From NCBI GenBank assembly GCA_963789955.1, contig CAWBMV010000017.1, positions 1 to 64,000 of the forward strand: a DNA stretch of 64,000 bases, read 5' to 3'. The translations under genes and the position numbers were made by a program. Positions within the stretch are counted from its first letter, which is position 1. Every line of letters begins with the position of its first letter. The notes below the pieces were generated by a model. The model ran no database searches and was not told where the DNA came from. It was given only the letters and a program-made list of their open reading frames with translations. This document shows, one piece after another, positions 9,465 through 22,555 of this stretch. This DNA is from an uncultured Candidatus Rokubacteria bacterium (GTDB lineage: Bacteria > Methylomirabilota > Methylomirabilia > Rokubacteriales > CSP1-6).

Positions 9465-11792
9465 CTAGGGCGACGGCACCTGAGGAGGGCGCGCAGCGAC
9501 GCTCGCGACGATCGTCGTCAGCTCGCCCGGATCGACCGGCTTCGGAACGTGCATGCTGTAGCCGGCGGCCAGCGACAGGATCCGATCCTGCGTCCGCCCA
9601 TAGGCCGTCAGCGCGATGGCCGGCGTTCGACCTCCCTGGGCTGGATCGAGCGCGCGCACCTTCCGGATGAGCGAATAGCCGTCCTCTCCGGGCATCTCGA
9701 TGTCCGAGACGAGCACATCGGGACGCCATTCCCGGAGCGCGTCCAACGCCTCGGGCGCCGCGAAGCATCTCCGCACGCCCGCTCCGGAGCTCTCGAGAAT
9801 CGCGGTGACGAGCTCGAGGGCATCGGGGTCGTCGTCGACCACCAGGATCTTGAGCCCGTCCAGACGCGTTCCGGCGGGCAGCGGCTCGGCGGACGGCGCC
9901 GTCGGATGCACGCGTGGGAGCGGCCCCAGCGGAAACTCCGCGATCGCCAGCGGCAGCCTGACGATGAAGGTCGCGCCGCGTGTGGCGCCGGCGCTCTGCG
10001 CAACGACGGTGCCGCCGTGAAGCTCGACGAGGTGCTTGACGAGCGCCAGGCCCAGACCGAGGCCGGCGTGGGTTCGCGTGCTCGAGCTGTCCGCCTGGCG
10101 AAATCGCTCGAAGATGACGGGCAAGACGTCCGGCGCGATGCCCTGTCCGGTGTCGCTGACGACGATCTCGATGTGGGAGTTGATGCGCTGCAGGTGCACC
10201 TGGATCTGGCCGCCCTTCGGCGTGAATTTCACCGCGTTGATGAGCAGGTTCCACACGATCTGCTGGAGCCGATCTGGATCGCCCGTGATCGGGCCGGCGC
10301 GCGGATCCAGCACGCTCTGCAGCCGGATGCCCTTGGCTTCCGCGGCCGGCCGAACGGCGTCGGCCGCCGCCTCCACCACGGTGCTCAGGTCCACCTTGCG
10401 GACGTCGAGCCGCATCTTTCCCGTGATGACGCGTGAGACGTCGAGCAGGTCGTCGACCAGCTGGACCTGCGCGTTGGCGTTGCGTTCGATGACTTCCAGC
10501 GCCCGCGTCACATCCGCCTCGCCCTGGATTTGCCCGGCGCGAAGCATGCGCGCCCAACCGTACACCGCGTTCAGTGGAGTCCGCAGCTCGTGCGACAGCA
10601 CCGCCAGAAACTGATCCTTCGCCCGATCGGCCGCCTCCGCCGTCGCGCGCGCCTCCTGTTCCTTGCGCAGGAGCGCCTCGCGGTCGACCTCGACGCCCGT
10701 GCGCTCCTCGGCGGCGGCGACGAGCGCGGCGGCGACATCGCGAATCTCCGGAATGGATGTGTCCGGCGACTTCGGCGCCTCGCGGCGGCCGAGCGCCTGG
10801 GCAGCACTGCGGAGCTCATCGATCGGGCGCGTGATGCTTCGGGCGACCCACAAGGCCGCGAGCGATCCAAGCGCGATCGAGAGCAGGATGCTGCCACCAT
10901 AGATCGCCAGCGACCGGTAGCCGGCAGCTTCGACCACGGCCGTGGGAATCCCGAGGGCCACCAGCCAGCCGCTCGGCTCGATTCGGCTGTAGGGCGTGTA
11001 GATTCGCTCGCCCTCGAGCGTCAACGTCTCGCCGAATCCCGCGCGCTCCTGCTTTGCGACGAGGGCGCGCAGGGTTGGTGAGGCCGCGCCACCCAGGCTT
11101 GCCTCGTGCGCCCTCGAACGCGCCACCCGCAAGCCATTGGCGTCGAAGACCGAGATGACCCAGTCGCCCGGCGCACCATGGCGGGCGACCACGTCGCGGA
11201 TCTCCTCGGGCTTGACGACCGCGGTCAGCACGTAGCGGATCTCTCGGTTGCGGAGGACGGGAACACGCACGGGAAACTGCAGAACGCCGTCCGAGCCCTT
11301 GACGAGATTGCCCACCGCTGGCGCACCGGTGCGGATGACGCGATCGAAGCTCTCCCGGTCGTTGATCGGCGGGATCTGACTGCCGTCGCCGAGCCGCGTG
11401 TCGACGAGCCGAGCTCCGGACGGGTCGGTGAGTGTCACGCCGGCCCACTGGGGCTGCGTGTCGAGGACGCGCCGCGCCCGCTCACGAAACGCCGACAGAT
11501 CGTTGCCGTCGAGGGTGAAGGTGGTCGCGAGCGATTCGAGAACCGAGATGGTGCTCCGCAGCTCCGCGTCGACGGCCGTGCCGATGGCCCGGACGAGCTC
11601 GAGCCCGACGCGTTCGGCCTGAACACGCTGCTGCTGGGCGAGGACATGAAGGCCGATGCCCGACATGATGGCCAGCGGCACGATGCCGGCGCAGGCGAGC
11701 AGCAAGAGCCTCCGGCTGAGAGGCGCCCCTGTCGGTCTGTCCCGGCGTTCAGTCATTGACGCACACACGGCCGCGGATGGCCGCTCGCGCAT
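9465..11792 (-). CDS. hybrid sensor histidine kinase / response regulator (periplasmic sensor, HisKA, HATPase_c, C-terminal receiver)
   Basis: H-box 'LSHELRTPLNAV'. N, G1 and G2 boxes ('NLLINAVKFT', 'DTGQGI', 'GLGLGL'). Receiver 'ILVVDDDPDALE...DVLVSDIEMPGEDGY'. N-terminal TM followed by a roughly 280-aa extracytoplasmic domain. Confidence 0.8.
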   Translation of the reverse strand: MRERPSAAVCASMTERRDRPTGAPLSRRLLLLACAGIVPLAIMSGIGLHVLAQQQRVQAERVGLELVRAIGTAVDAELRSTISVLESLATTFTLDGNDLSAFRERARRVLDTQPQWAGVTLTDPSGARLVDTRLGDGSQIPPINDRESFDRVIRTGAPAVGNLVKGSDGVLQFPVRVPVLRNREIRYVLTAVVKPEEIRDVVARHGAPGDWVISVFDANGLRVARSRAHEASLGGAASPTLRALVAKQERAGFGETLTLEGERIYTPYSRIEPSGWLVALGIPTAVVEAAGYRSLAIYGGSILLSIALGSLAALWVARSITRPIDELRSAAQALGRREAPKSPDTSIPEIRDVAAALVAAAEERTGVEVDREALLRKEQEARATAEAADRAKDQFLAVLSHELRTPLNAVYGWARMLRAGQIQGEADVTRALEVIERNANAQVQLVDDLLDVSRVITGKMRLDVRKVDLSTVVEAAADAVRPAAEAKGIRLQSVLDPRAGPITGDPDRLQQIVWNLLINAVKFTPKGGQIQVHLQRINSHIEIVVSDTGQGIAPDVLPVIFERFRQADSSSTRTHAGLGLGLALVKHLVELHGGTVVAQSAGATRGATFIVRLPLAIAEFPLGPLPRVHPTAPSAEPLPAGTRLDGLKILVVDDDPDALELVTAILESSGAGVRRCFAAPEALDALREWRPDVLVSDIEMPGEDGYSLIRKVRALDPAQGGRTPAIALTAYGRTQDRILSLAAGYSMHVPKPVDPGELTTIVASVAARPPQVPSP

Positions 11793-12036
11793 GGTCGCGC
11801 GGACATGATCCGGCGACCGCGGCGTCCAGGAATCCAACAACGGGGCGCACCCGCTGCAAAAGGAAAGTTCATCTCCAGGATCGGGCCAATCGGCTTGCCC
11901 ATACTAGATCGGAGGTCAACGCCGGCGCCACTCGCAGACGGACGCCAAGGCTCTTGACCGGTTTTGATCCCTCACGCTAGGCTCGGCGCGACCGTCCTCC
12001 AGGGTATCGGCCGTCCTGATCGCCAACGATCGGATC

Positions 12037-14164
<2,128 letters not shown>

Positions 14165-14165
14165 C

Positions 14166-15602
14166 TCAGCGACCGGGCGTGGGAATCTGCATCAAGAGAT
14201 TGCTGCCGCTGCCAGTGACGAACTGCGGCAGCTTGCCGTCCCACTTCGACAGGTACTGCTGCTGGATCAAGGTGGCCGTGAGCGACTGCGTGACCTTCGC
14301 GTTGTACTCGGCCTCCGCGGCCGCGCGCAGGCGGAGGGCGGCCGCCTCACCCTCGGCGCGCGCCTGGAGGGCGGCGCCTTCGCCGCGCTCACGGGCGACT
14401 TTTGATTCCGCTTCGCGCTTGGCCTGGTCGACCTCGTAGCGCTTCTGCTCGGCGACCTGCTGGGCGATCTGCTTGCGCTCGACCGCTTGCTCGAAGTCCT
14501 TGTCGAAGCGGATGTCCTTGATCGACACCTCGGTGACCTGGATGCCGTATTTCAGGAGCCACTTGGTCAGGCCGTCCTGGACGTCCGCCTTGATCCTCGG
14601 GCGCTGCTGGAGGATGTCGTTGGCGGCGTGGACCGCCGTGTTGGCCTTCAGCACCTCGGCGGCCGCCGGGTCGATGATCGACTGTTCGTAGCGCAGGCCG
14701 ACGGTGCGGTACACCTCGGGCGCGCGGTCGTCGATCAGCCGATAGTTCAGCGCCATGACCGCGTGCACCGCCTGGATGTCGACCGACGCGGCGTCGTATC
14801 GCGCCTCGTGCTTCTGAACGCGGGTGTCCATCCGGATGACGTCCTTGTACGGCAGGACGAAGTGCAGCCCGTTGTAGAGCGGCACCTTCTCGACGTTGCC
14901 GAACACGGTGACCACACCGATGTGGCCGGAATCGACCACCACGAAGCTCGAGAGCACGATGATGAGCAGCCCCAGGAACACGCCGCCGCCTTGCACGGCG
15001 CGGCCGATCGCGGCCAGCGGCAGCCGAGGTCGCGCCGCGTCGCGGATCTGAGCCGCCATCGCCACGAGAACTCGGCCGACGAGGAGACCGCCGACGATCA
15101 ACACTGTCGCGAGGATCAGCTTGCCCATCTGTTCCTCCCGTGCCTGACTCAGCTCTTCCCGACTTCGTAGCCCCTGGCCTTGATGCAGTCGGCGAAAATC
15201 TGGCGGCGTTTCTCGGTGTTGTGCCTCCAGCTGCACGAGGTTCTCCCGGATCCAGCGCGAGATGAATCCCAGGTCGGCCTCGGACTCGCGCTTCGCCAGG
15301 CCGTCGCAGTCGAGCACCTCGAGCAGCACGCGCGTCGGCTCTATCTCGGTCGAGCGGGCCAATCGCAGGGTCTCGGAGCTCGAGCCCACCCCCGGTATCG
15401 TCTCGTAGCCCGCCGCGATCAGGCATGCGGCGAAGCCGGCGAGCGGGGCGGCGGTCTGCTTCGACCACTCGGTGCATCGCTTACGGTCGGCATCGATCTG
15501 GTCGGTGCTCTGCCCCTTGAGGGGTGTCGCTTTGAGATTGGCGATGGTGGTGCAGCCTGCCAGGATCAGGACAGCCGAGAGGGCCAGCACGGCCTTCGTC
15601 AT
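14166..15602 (-). CDS. lipoprotein N-terminal domain fused in frame to a 2-TM SPFH/band-7 (prohibitin/HflC-like) protein, or two adjacent genes lacking an intervening stop
   Basis: Lipobox 'LILAGCTT' after 'MTKAVLALSAV'. About 160 aa later 'MGKLILATVLIVGG' is preceded by GGGAGG. SPFH core 'IGVVTVFGNVEKVPLYNGLHFVLPYKDVIRMDTRVQ' and coiled-coil tail. No stop codon between the two modules. Confidence 0.6.
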   Translation of the reverse strand: MTKAVLALSAVLILAGCTTIANLKATPLKGQSTDQIDADRKRCTEWSKQTAAPLAGFAACLIAAGYETIPGVGSSSETLRLARSTEIEPTRVLLEVLDCDGLAKRESEADLGFISRWIRENLVQLEAQHRETPPDFRRLHQGQGLRSREELSQAREEQMGKLILATVLIVGGLLVGRVLVAMAAQIRDAARPRLPLAAIGRAVQGGGVFLGLLIIVLSSFVVVDSGHIGVVTVFGNVEKVPLYNGLHFVLPYKDVIRMDTRVQKHEARYDAASVDIQAVHAVMALNYRLIDDRAPEVYRTVGLRYEQSIIDPAAAEVLKANTAVHAANDILQQRPRIKADVQDGLTKWLLKYGIQVTEVSIKDIRFDKDFEQAVERKQIAQQVAEQKRYEVDQAKREAESKVARERGEGAALQARAEGEAAALRLRAAAEAEYNAKVTQSLTATLIQQQYLSKWDGKLPQFVTGSGSNLLMQIPTPGR

Positions 15603-15606
15603 CGGC

Positions 15607-17313
15607 TCAGAGCGTAGCACGCGACGTCGGACTTCCGACGACTCCGAGAACGGCCGCGCGAGGCGCGGTGAGGCGCTGGGACAGCTCCGGATCCATCACG
15701 ATCTCGCGGACGAACTGCTGAAGCGCGAGATTCAGAAACGCCTGGTAGCCGCTGACGTCCTGCTCCGGCGAGCCGCCCGCGGAGTCGCGCGGGATCCGAG
15801 CGGAGATGCTCCGGGTCAGGAGCAGATCTCCCCGATCGTCGTAGAGCCACACGATGCCGCTGACGTGGGCCTGCAAGGTCCACCGCGTCTCCGTCGAGAA
15901 GTTGTGGATCTCGCCTGCCACGGCGAACGGCGTCGAGACGGCCGTCGCGCGCGGGACGAACTCCCGGTCCGGCGCGGCTACCGCGGCAACGCCGCGCTCG
16001 GTGAAACCCGCCACCAGGCTTTCGACCAGCGCGTCGGGCCATGGAGTGGCGGAGAGCACCTTGGCCAGCCGCGAGCCGTAGCCGTCGTACATGCCGCCGA
16101 CGCGGTGCGGATCGCGGTCACCTTCGTCGCCGCGGCGGTCGGCGAATCGGAAGACGGTCACCGGCTGAGCCCCGGCGAGGCGCTCGATCCGGGAATCGGG
16201 CAGATAGCGAAGCCGGACGGTCTGATCGCTCACGCAGGCGGTGAACACCGCCGCGATCATCGCCAGCGCCACCGTTCGCACCCCGGACTGGCGCATCAGA
16301 CCGCCGTCCGGTGTGCGCCGTGCCGGACGGCGATAGAGCACGAGGTCCTCGCTCGCCCCCACCACCGGTTTCAAGGTGCCCGCGGCCCGGTCGGCCTCGA
16401 GGAGGACGAAGCGCAAGTGATAGCGGTCTCCCTGCCGGTCGATGACGATGCGCCATGCGAGGTTCCGGCCTCCGTCGTCGCACGTCGTGGTGCCGCACAT
16501 GCACGTGATCAACCGCTTCTCCAGCTGGTGCGTCTTCGCCAGCCGGCGGCGGACCCGCCGATCGCCGATGAGATCGCTGTAGGTTCGCTCGCCGAGGTAG
16601 TGATAGTGCTCGTGCCCGAACATGACGAGGTCGATGTCGGCGCGCAGCATGCTCTCGAGTGCGTCGGTCACGTTCTTGAGCTTCGTCCATCGATTGAATC
16701 GGTGGCTGTCGGGGATCGCGACGTGGTGGTGCAACAGCAGGAGTCTGAGATCGTAGGGCTCTTCGCGGCGCGTGTCGTCGTCGTATACCGTCTGCAGCCA
16801 GTCGAGATCGTCGTCGTGCACCTTGCCCGTGGCGACCGACGCCCAGCCGGCGTCGCCCATCGAGTCGATCGCGAGCACCCGGATTCTGAGATCGCGCGAT
16901 GTCAACCAGCCGGCGGCGCGCGGACGGCCGCGATTTCCGAACCAGTCGCCGAAGACGGATTCGAAGTTGGTGATCTGATTGCTGATCGGGAGGTACCGTC
17001 CGGCGTAGCGATCGTGGTTGCCGGGCACCAGAAAGAGCCTGGCCGGGTCCGCGAGGCCCAAGCCGATCGCCGCCGACGCGCCCGGGCGCGGGACGGCTCC
17101 CGTCAGGAACTGCCTGGCGGCCTCCAGCGACTGGACCTGTCCGTCCGTCGAGATGTCCCCGGTCACCACGACATAGTCGGCCGGCTCGGCCTTCCAGTAT
17201 CCGTCGAGCGCGGTGAACAGATCCGGATCATGCCGGCGCGGCAGCCCGCGTTCCGGTGAGAACAGCTCGCCGGCGACGTGGAGATCGGAGATGTGCAAGA
17301 TCGAAAGCGGCAT
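15607..17313 (-). CDS. calcineurin-like metallophosphoesterase with C-terminal lipoprotein-like module (in-frame, no stop between)
   Basis: N-terminus 'ILHISDLHV' and 'GNHDRY' (metallophosphoesterase motifs). After about 340 aa comes 'MRQSGVRTVALAMIAAVFTACVSDQ' (lipobox) and a roughly 220-aa domain. Confidence 0.65.
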   Translation of the reverse strand: MPLSILHISDLHVAGELFSPERGLPRRHDPDLFTALDGYWKAEPADYVVVTGDISTDGQVQSLEAARQFLTGAVPRPGASAAIGLGLADPARLFLVPGNHDRYAGRYLPISNQITNFESVFGDWFGNRGRPRAAGWLTSRDLRIRVLAIDSMGDAGWASVATGKVHDDDLDWLQTVYDDDTRREEPYDLRLLLLHHHVAIPDSHRFNRWTKLKNVTDALESMLRADIDLVMFGHEHYHYLGERTYSDLIGDRRVRRRLAKTHQLEKRLITCMCGTTTCDDGGRNLAWRIVIDRQGDRYHLRFVLLEADRAAGTLKPVVGASEDLVLYRRPARRTPDGGLMRQSGVRTVALAMIAAVFTACVSDQTVRLRYLPDSRIERLAGAQPVTVFRFADRRGDEGDRDPHRVGGMYDGYGSRLAKVLSATPWPDALVESLVAGFTERGVAAVAAPDREFVPRATAVSTPFAVAGEIHNFSTETRWTLQAHVSGIVWLYDDRGDLLLTRSISARIPRDSAGGSPEQDVSGYQAFLNLALQQFVREIVMDPELSQRLTAPRAAVLGVVGSPTSRATL

Positions 17314-17331
17314 CGCCGGCGGGGTCGTCTC

Positions 17332-17538
17332 CTAGCGGTTCTGGTAGTACCGCGTGCCGCCGAGCGCCGGCGGCAGACTGAGGAAGTCGCCCACGCCCTC
17401 CGGGCCCCTGAACTGATTGTTGTCGGCGACGGAAACCTCGACCCGCTTCCAGCCCTTGCCCCAGCCTCCTCCCGCGGTCACGACCGCGCCGGCCGCGAGA
17501 AACGATTCAAGGGCGAATGTTCTCGTTTTCGTCCTCAT
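17332..17538 (-). CDS. small hypothetical protein (68 aa), first gene of the metallophosphoesterase/SPFH operon
   Basis: ATG at 17538. 'MRTKTRTFALESFLAAGAVVTAGGGWGKGWKRVEVSVADNNQFRGPEG...'. Ends 19 nt before the metallophosphoesterase start. Confidence 0.35.
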   Translation of the reverse strand: MRTKTRTFALESFLAAGAVVTAGGGWGKGWKRVEVSVADNNQFRGPEGVGDFLSLPPALGGTRYYQNR

Positions 17539-17894
17539 AGACGTGTCTCTTCTCGGAGCGGGCGCGATGGCCACCGGGACCTCAAGCACGCTAAAGCGGG
17601 TGGCCGGGCTCGTCAATCGGTCTTGGGCGGCTTCGCCCGTCGTCGGCGGGCGTCGAGATTTTTTACGATTACGCGACGCGGGCGGGCGGCCGACCCGCGG
17701 AACCGATTGAATTCAAACACACCTCGTTATTGGCATCGGACATGCCCGCGAGCACGACTGTGAAGCGCGTTACAGACAGTGTTGCTGTCCGAGTAAGAGG
17801 CCTCCCGCGAGGTGTCAGGAGTTCTCACGGGGATGGGGAAGAGAGGGCCGAACGCTTGCGGGTCTTCGAGGACTCGGGTACGTTACGCGACGGC

Positions 17895-18334
17895 ATGACT
17901 CGCCGGCTCGTCGCGCTCGCGGTCGTCGGAGTGCTCGCTTGCAGCCCGCTCATGGCCTACGCGGATCCGCCCGACCCGACCTGGATCCCTGGATTCTGGG
18001 ACGACGCGGACTTCGACGACGTGATCGTTCGCGTCACCTCGACATCCAGCGTCGCCGAGACCCACGCGCTCGGTACGCTCGAGCCGCACTGGGTTGCCGG
18101 TCTGGACCGTGCCGGCGGCCGACGACCGGCCGGCTCCGAGCCCGGTGTTCGCCCCGCATCAGCCCCGAGGTCCTCCGCACGTCTGAGCCTCCCGCAGGAC
18201 GGCTGCCGCGCGCGGCGACGGCTCGAGATGACGCGAGTCGCGAGAACCGTCTGTGTCGTATCGATCTTGCTCCCAGGGCGGGAGCGCGACCTCGCGACGG
18301 CGCTCAGAGTCATTGGTTCTCAGAGGAGGAGCTT

Positions 18335-18338
<4 letters not shown>
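17895..18338 (+). CDS. small secreted/membrane-anchored hypothetical protein overlapping the start of the sigma-54 activator
   Basis: '[47 protein letters not shown]...'. Stop TGA overlaps the GTG of the downstream activator (ttGTGAag). Confidence 0.4.
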
Positions 18339-19420
<1,082 letters not shown>

Positions 19421-19504
19421 CCGACATTGCCGACCTCCCGGCTAAGATGAGGCCGTGGACGGGCCCGCCACGGCCGGCGGGACCGCGGGGGGGAGACGCG
19501 GCCT

Positions 19505-20755
19505 ATGATCCGGGCTCTCACGGCTCTGGCGGTGCTCGGCGCCGCCGCCACGGTCCTGCTCGGCGCGTGCGATCGCGGGAGCGAACGGACCGGTGGCGGT
19601 GGCAAGTCGATCACGGTGGTGATCGCCGAATACAGTAAAGAGCACACGAAGCCCTTCTGGCAGGGCCTCTCCGAGCAGTACACCAAGCAAGCCAACGTGA
19701 AGGTCGATCTCCGGATCATCGACTGGAACTCGATCGACCAGCAAGTCAGCACGATGATCCAGAACAACCAGCGGCCGGACGTGCTGAACCTGAACTCGTT
19801 CTCCAGCTACGCCAAAGACCAGCTCCTCTATACCGCCGATGAGGTGCTGTCGGCGAAGACCCGAGACGACTTCATCGAGGCCTTCGCGCGCGGGGGCGAA
19901 TACCAGGGCAAGCTCTACGGGTTCCCGATCCTGTCGAGCGCGCGCGCCTTCTTCTACAACAAGGATCTCTTCACGCGCGCCGGCCTCGCCGGGCCCCCGA
20001 AGACCTGGGACGAGTTCGTCGACGCCGCGCGCAAGATCCAGGCGCTCGGTGGTGGCGTGATCGGCTATGCGCTGCCGCTCGGGCCCGAGGAAGCGCAGGC
20101 CGAGTGGGCCATCTGGATGTGGAACAACGGCGGCGATTGGAAGTCGGGCGACGGGTGGGCGCTCAACAGCGACAAGAACGTCCAGACGCTCCGGTTCCTG
20201 GCCGACCTCGCCAACCGGCACCGGGTCACGCAGATCAATCCCGGCAAGACCAATCGCACCGACGGCGCCTTCCAGCTCTTCAAGGACGGCAAGGTCGGCA
20301 TGGTGATGGGCTTCAGCCCGCTCGCCGCGCAGCTCGACGCCGAGAAGAAGGTGAGCTACGGCGTGGCCGAGATGCCGACCGCCGCCGGCCAGTCGGTGAC
20401 CCTCGGAGTCGAGGACTACCTGATGGCGTTCAAGAAGAGCGGCAATCAGGATTCCGTGAAGCAGTTCCTCGACCTCTACTATCAGCCGGAGAACATCACG
20501 CGCTGGATCGCCGCGGAGGGCTTCCTGCCGGTGACGAAGTCCGGGCTCCAGCAGATGAGCTCGAATGCGAAGCTCAAGCCGTATCTCGACGCGCTGCCCC
20601 GCGCGAGGCTCGTGCCGACGACCGACCCGGCGTGGGATCGGGTGAAGCTCGACGTGCAGCAGAACATCGGCGTGGCCGTCCAGCCCGGAGGCAATCCCAA
20701 GCAGGTGCTCGACCAGCTGCAGAAGAACGCCGTCGCCGCGGCCGGGAGCCGCTGA
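19505..20755 (+). CDS. ABC transporter substrate-binding protein, family 1 (sugar type), lipoprotein
   Basis: Lipobox 'LLGACD'. Extracellular solute-binding family 1 fold. RBS gggaga. Confidence 0.8.
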   Translation: MIRALTALAVLGAAATVLLGACDRGSERTGGGGKSITVVIAEYSKEHTKPFWQGLSEQYTKQANVKVDLRIIDWNSIDQQVSTMIQNNQRPDVLNLNSFSSYAKDQLLYTADEVLSAKTRDDFIEAFARGGEYQGKLYGFPILSSARAFFYNKDLFTRAGLAGPPKTWDEFVDAARKIQALGGGVIGYALPLGPEEAQAEWAIWMWNNGGDWKSGDGWALNSDKNVQTLRFLADLANRHRVTQINPGKTNRTDGAFQLFKDGKVGMVMGFSPLAAQLDAEKKVSYGVAEMPTAAGQSVTLGVEDYLMAFKKSGNQDSVKQFLDLYYQPENITRWIAAEGFLPVTKSGLQQMSSNAKLKPYLDALPRARLVPTTDPAWDRVKLDVQQNIGVAVQPGGNPKQVLDQLQKNAVAAAGSR

Positions 20756-21664
20756 CGCCGGATCGCCGGCTCGCGCGCGGCCGCGGCGTAGGTCGCTGGC
20801 AGGCGCTCTTCTGGCTCGGCCCCAGTCTCGCGCTCATCGCGGCGGTCGTGCTCTATCCAGCAGTCGCGCTCGTTCGCGCCTCGCTGAGCCACTATTCCGT
20901 CACGGGTCTCTATCGAGGCTCGGTCGGGGCGTCCAACTACGCGCGGCTCCTCGAGCAAGAGGCGCTGCCGACCGTGGTGGCCAACACCGTGATCTGGGTC
21001 GTGGTGGTCGTGCTCGTGACGGTCGTCGTGTCGCTCGGCCTCGCGCAGCTCCTGAACGAAGCCTTCCCGGGCCGGCGGCTGGTGCGATGGGCGCTGATCG
21101 TGCCGTGGGCGGCGTCGGTCATCATGACCGCGAAGCTCTTCGCGTGGATCTACGATTACTACTTCGGGATCCTGAACCACGTCCTGGTGTCGCTGCGGCT
21201 CGTGCCGGCGCCCGTGGATTGGCTCGGCAATGACGCGACGGTGATGGGCGCGATGATCGCCGTCGGCGTCTTCGTGTCGCTGCCGTTCACGACGTACGTG
21301 GTGCTGGCGGGGCTGTCGGCCATTCCCGGCGAGGTGTACGAAGCGGCGCTGGGTGGACGGCGCCTCGGCCTGGCGCACGTACTGGTCCGTCACGGTGCCC
21401 CTGCTGCGCCCGGCCCTGCTGGTGGCGGTCGTGCTGAACGTGATCTACGTCTTCAACTCGTTCCCGATCGTGTGGACCCTGAACGACCGTAACCCGGGCT
21501 TCACGCACGACACGATGATCACGTACATGTACAAGATCGCGTTCAAGAGCTCGCTGCGCGACGTCGGGCTGGCGGCGGCGCTCGGCGTCGTGAACGTGCT
21601 CGTGATCCTGATGGCCGTGCTGCTCTATCTGCGCACGGTGTCCTGGCGCGAGGCCGAGGCGTGA
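20755..21664 (+). CDS. ABC sugar transporter permease (MalF-like), frameshifted near 21360. Start codon not resolved
   Basis: TM segments 'ALFWLGPSLALIAAVVLYP'. EAA-loop region 'EAAL' is followed by a frame change: 'GGRRLGLAHV' where 'DGASAWRTYWSVTVPLLRP' is expected, and that peptide is found in ORF 21353..21664. Confidence 0.55.
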
Positions 21665-22497
21665 GCGTGGCGCGAGGATCCTCGATTCGCCGGACCGCGC
21701 TCTCGGGCACGGGGCTCGCGGTCGCGCTGGTCGTGCTGGCGCCGTACATCGTGATGGTCTGCACCGCGCTCAAGCCCGAGCGCGAGCTTCGCATCACCCC
21801 GCCACGGCTCACCCCGATCGAATGGCGGCCGGGCAACGTGCTCGACGTCCTCGGCGATCCGAGCTTTCAGGGCTGGCTCTACGCCTCGCTGGTCGTCGCG
21901 CTGACCTCGACGGCCATCGTCGTGCTGGCCGCCACGCCGGCCGCCTACTACACCGCGCGCCACCGCTTCCCCGGGCGCTCCGCGTTTCTCCTGCTCGTGC
22001 TCGTGACGCAGATGTTTTCACCGACGGCGCTGGTCGTCGGTCTCTACCGCGAGTTCTTCGAGCTGGGCCTGGTGGACACGTACGCGGCGTTGATCCTGAC
22101 CAACGCGGCCTTCAATCTCGCGTTCGCGATCTGGATCCTGCGCGCGTTCTTCACGGCCATTCCACGCGAGATCGAGGAAGCCGCTGCGGTCGACGGCTGC
22201 GGGCGATTGAGAACCTTGGTTCAGGTCGTGCTGCCGCTCTCGCTGCCGGCGATCGTCACCACCGTGATCTTCGCCTTCATCGCCGCCTGGAACGAGTACA
22301 TCGTGGCGCTCACCTTGATGGCCGATCCGGCCCGGAAGCCGCTGACCGTCGGCATTACCTCGTACGTGACGGCCTACGTGCAGCACTGGAGCCATCTGTT
22401 CGCCGCCTCGGTCATCGCGATCGTGCCGATCGTCGTCCTGTTCGCGTTGATCGAGCGCCATCTGGTCGGCGGGCTCACGGCCGGCAGCGTGAAGTGA
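21661..22497 (+). CDS. ABC sugar transporter permease (MalG-like)
   Basis: EAA motif 'EEAAAVDGCGRLRTLVQVVLPLSLPAI'. 6 TM segments. Start overlaps the upstream stop. Confidence 0.8.
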   Translation: MSVARGSSIRRTALSGTGLAVALVVLAPYIVMVCTALKPERELRITPPRLTPIEWRPGNVLDVLGDPSFQGWLYASLVVALTSTAIVVLAATPAAYYTARHRFPGRSAFLLLVLVTQMFSPTALVVGLYREFFELGLVDTYAALILTNAAFNLAFAIWILRAFFTAIPREIEEAAAVDGCGRLRTLVQVVLPLSLPAIVTTVIFAFIAAWNEYIVALTLMADPARKPLTVGITSYVTAYVQHWSHLFAASVIAIVPIVVLFALIERHLVGGLTAGSVK

Positions 22498-22506
22498 GCG
22501 AAAAAA

Positions 22507-22545
22507 ATCCCGGGAAGGGGGACCCCTTCCCGGGCGTGGTGGACC
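22507..22545 (-). terminator. rho-independent terminator of the pilin-like gene (perfect 12-bp GC stem followed by T7 on the minus strand)
   Basis: Forward 'aaaaaaatcccgggaaggggg a ccccttcccggg'. On the minus strand this is a hairpin followed by tttttttcgc, 10 nt after the stop of 22556..22963. Confidence 0.65.
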
Positions 22546-22555
22546 TGCAGATCCG

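Noticed and set aside
14166-15602. Splitting the lipoprotein-SPFH ORF into two separate CDS at the internal RBS-preceded Met (15128).
   Set aside because: There is no stop codon between the modules in the given sequence. It is therefore reported as one ORF, with the two-gene alternative flagged.
15472-17259. 595-aa plus-strand ORF antisense to the metallophosphoesterase gene. Similar long antisense ORFs occur at 41136..42812, 9448..10557, 7695..9155, 18320..19120 and 50268..51374.
   Set aside because: At 70% GC stop codons are rare, so long spurious ORFs appear opposite real genes. These have Arg/Ala/Gly/Pro-dominated junk composition and no recognisable motifs. The opposite strand carries clear homologous genes.
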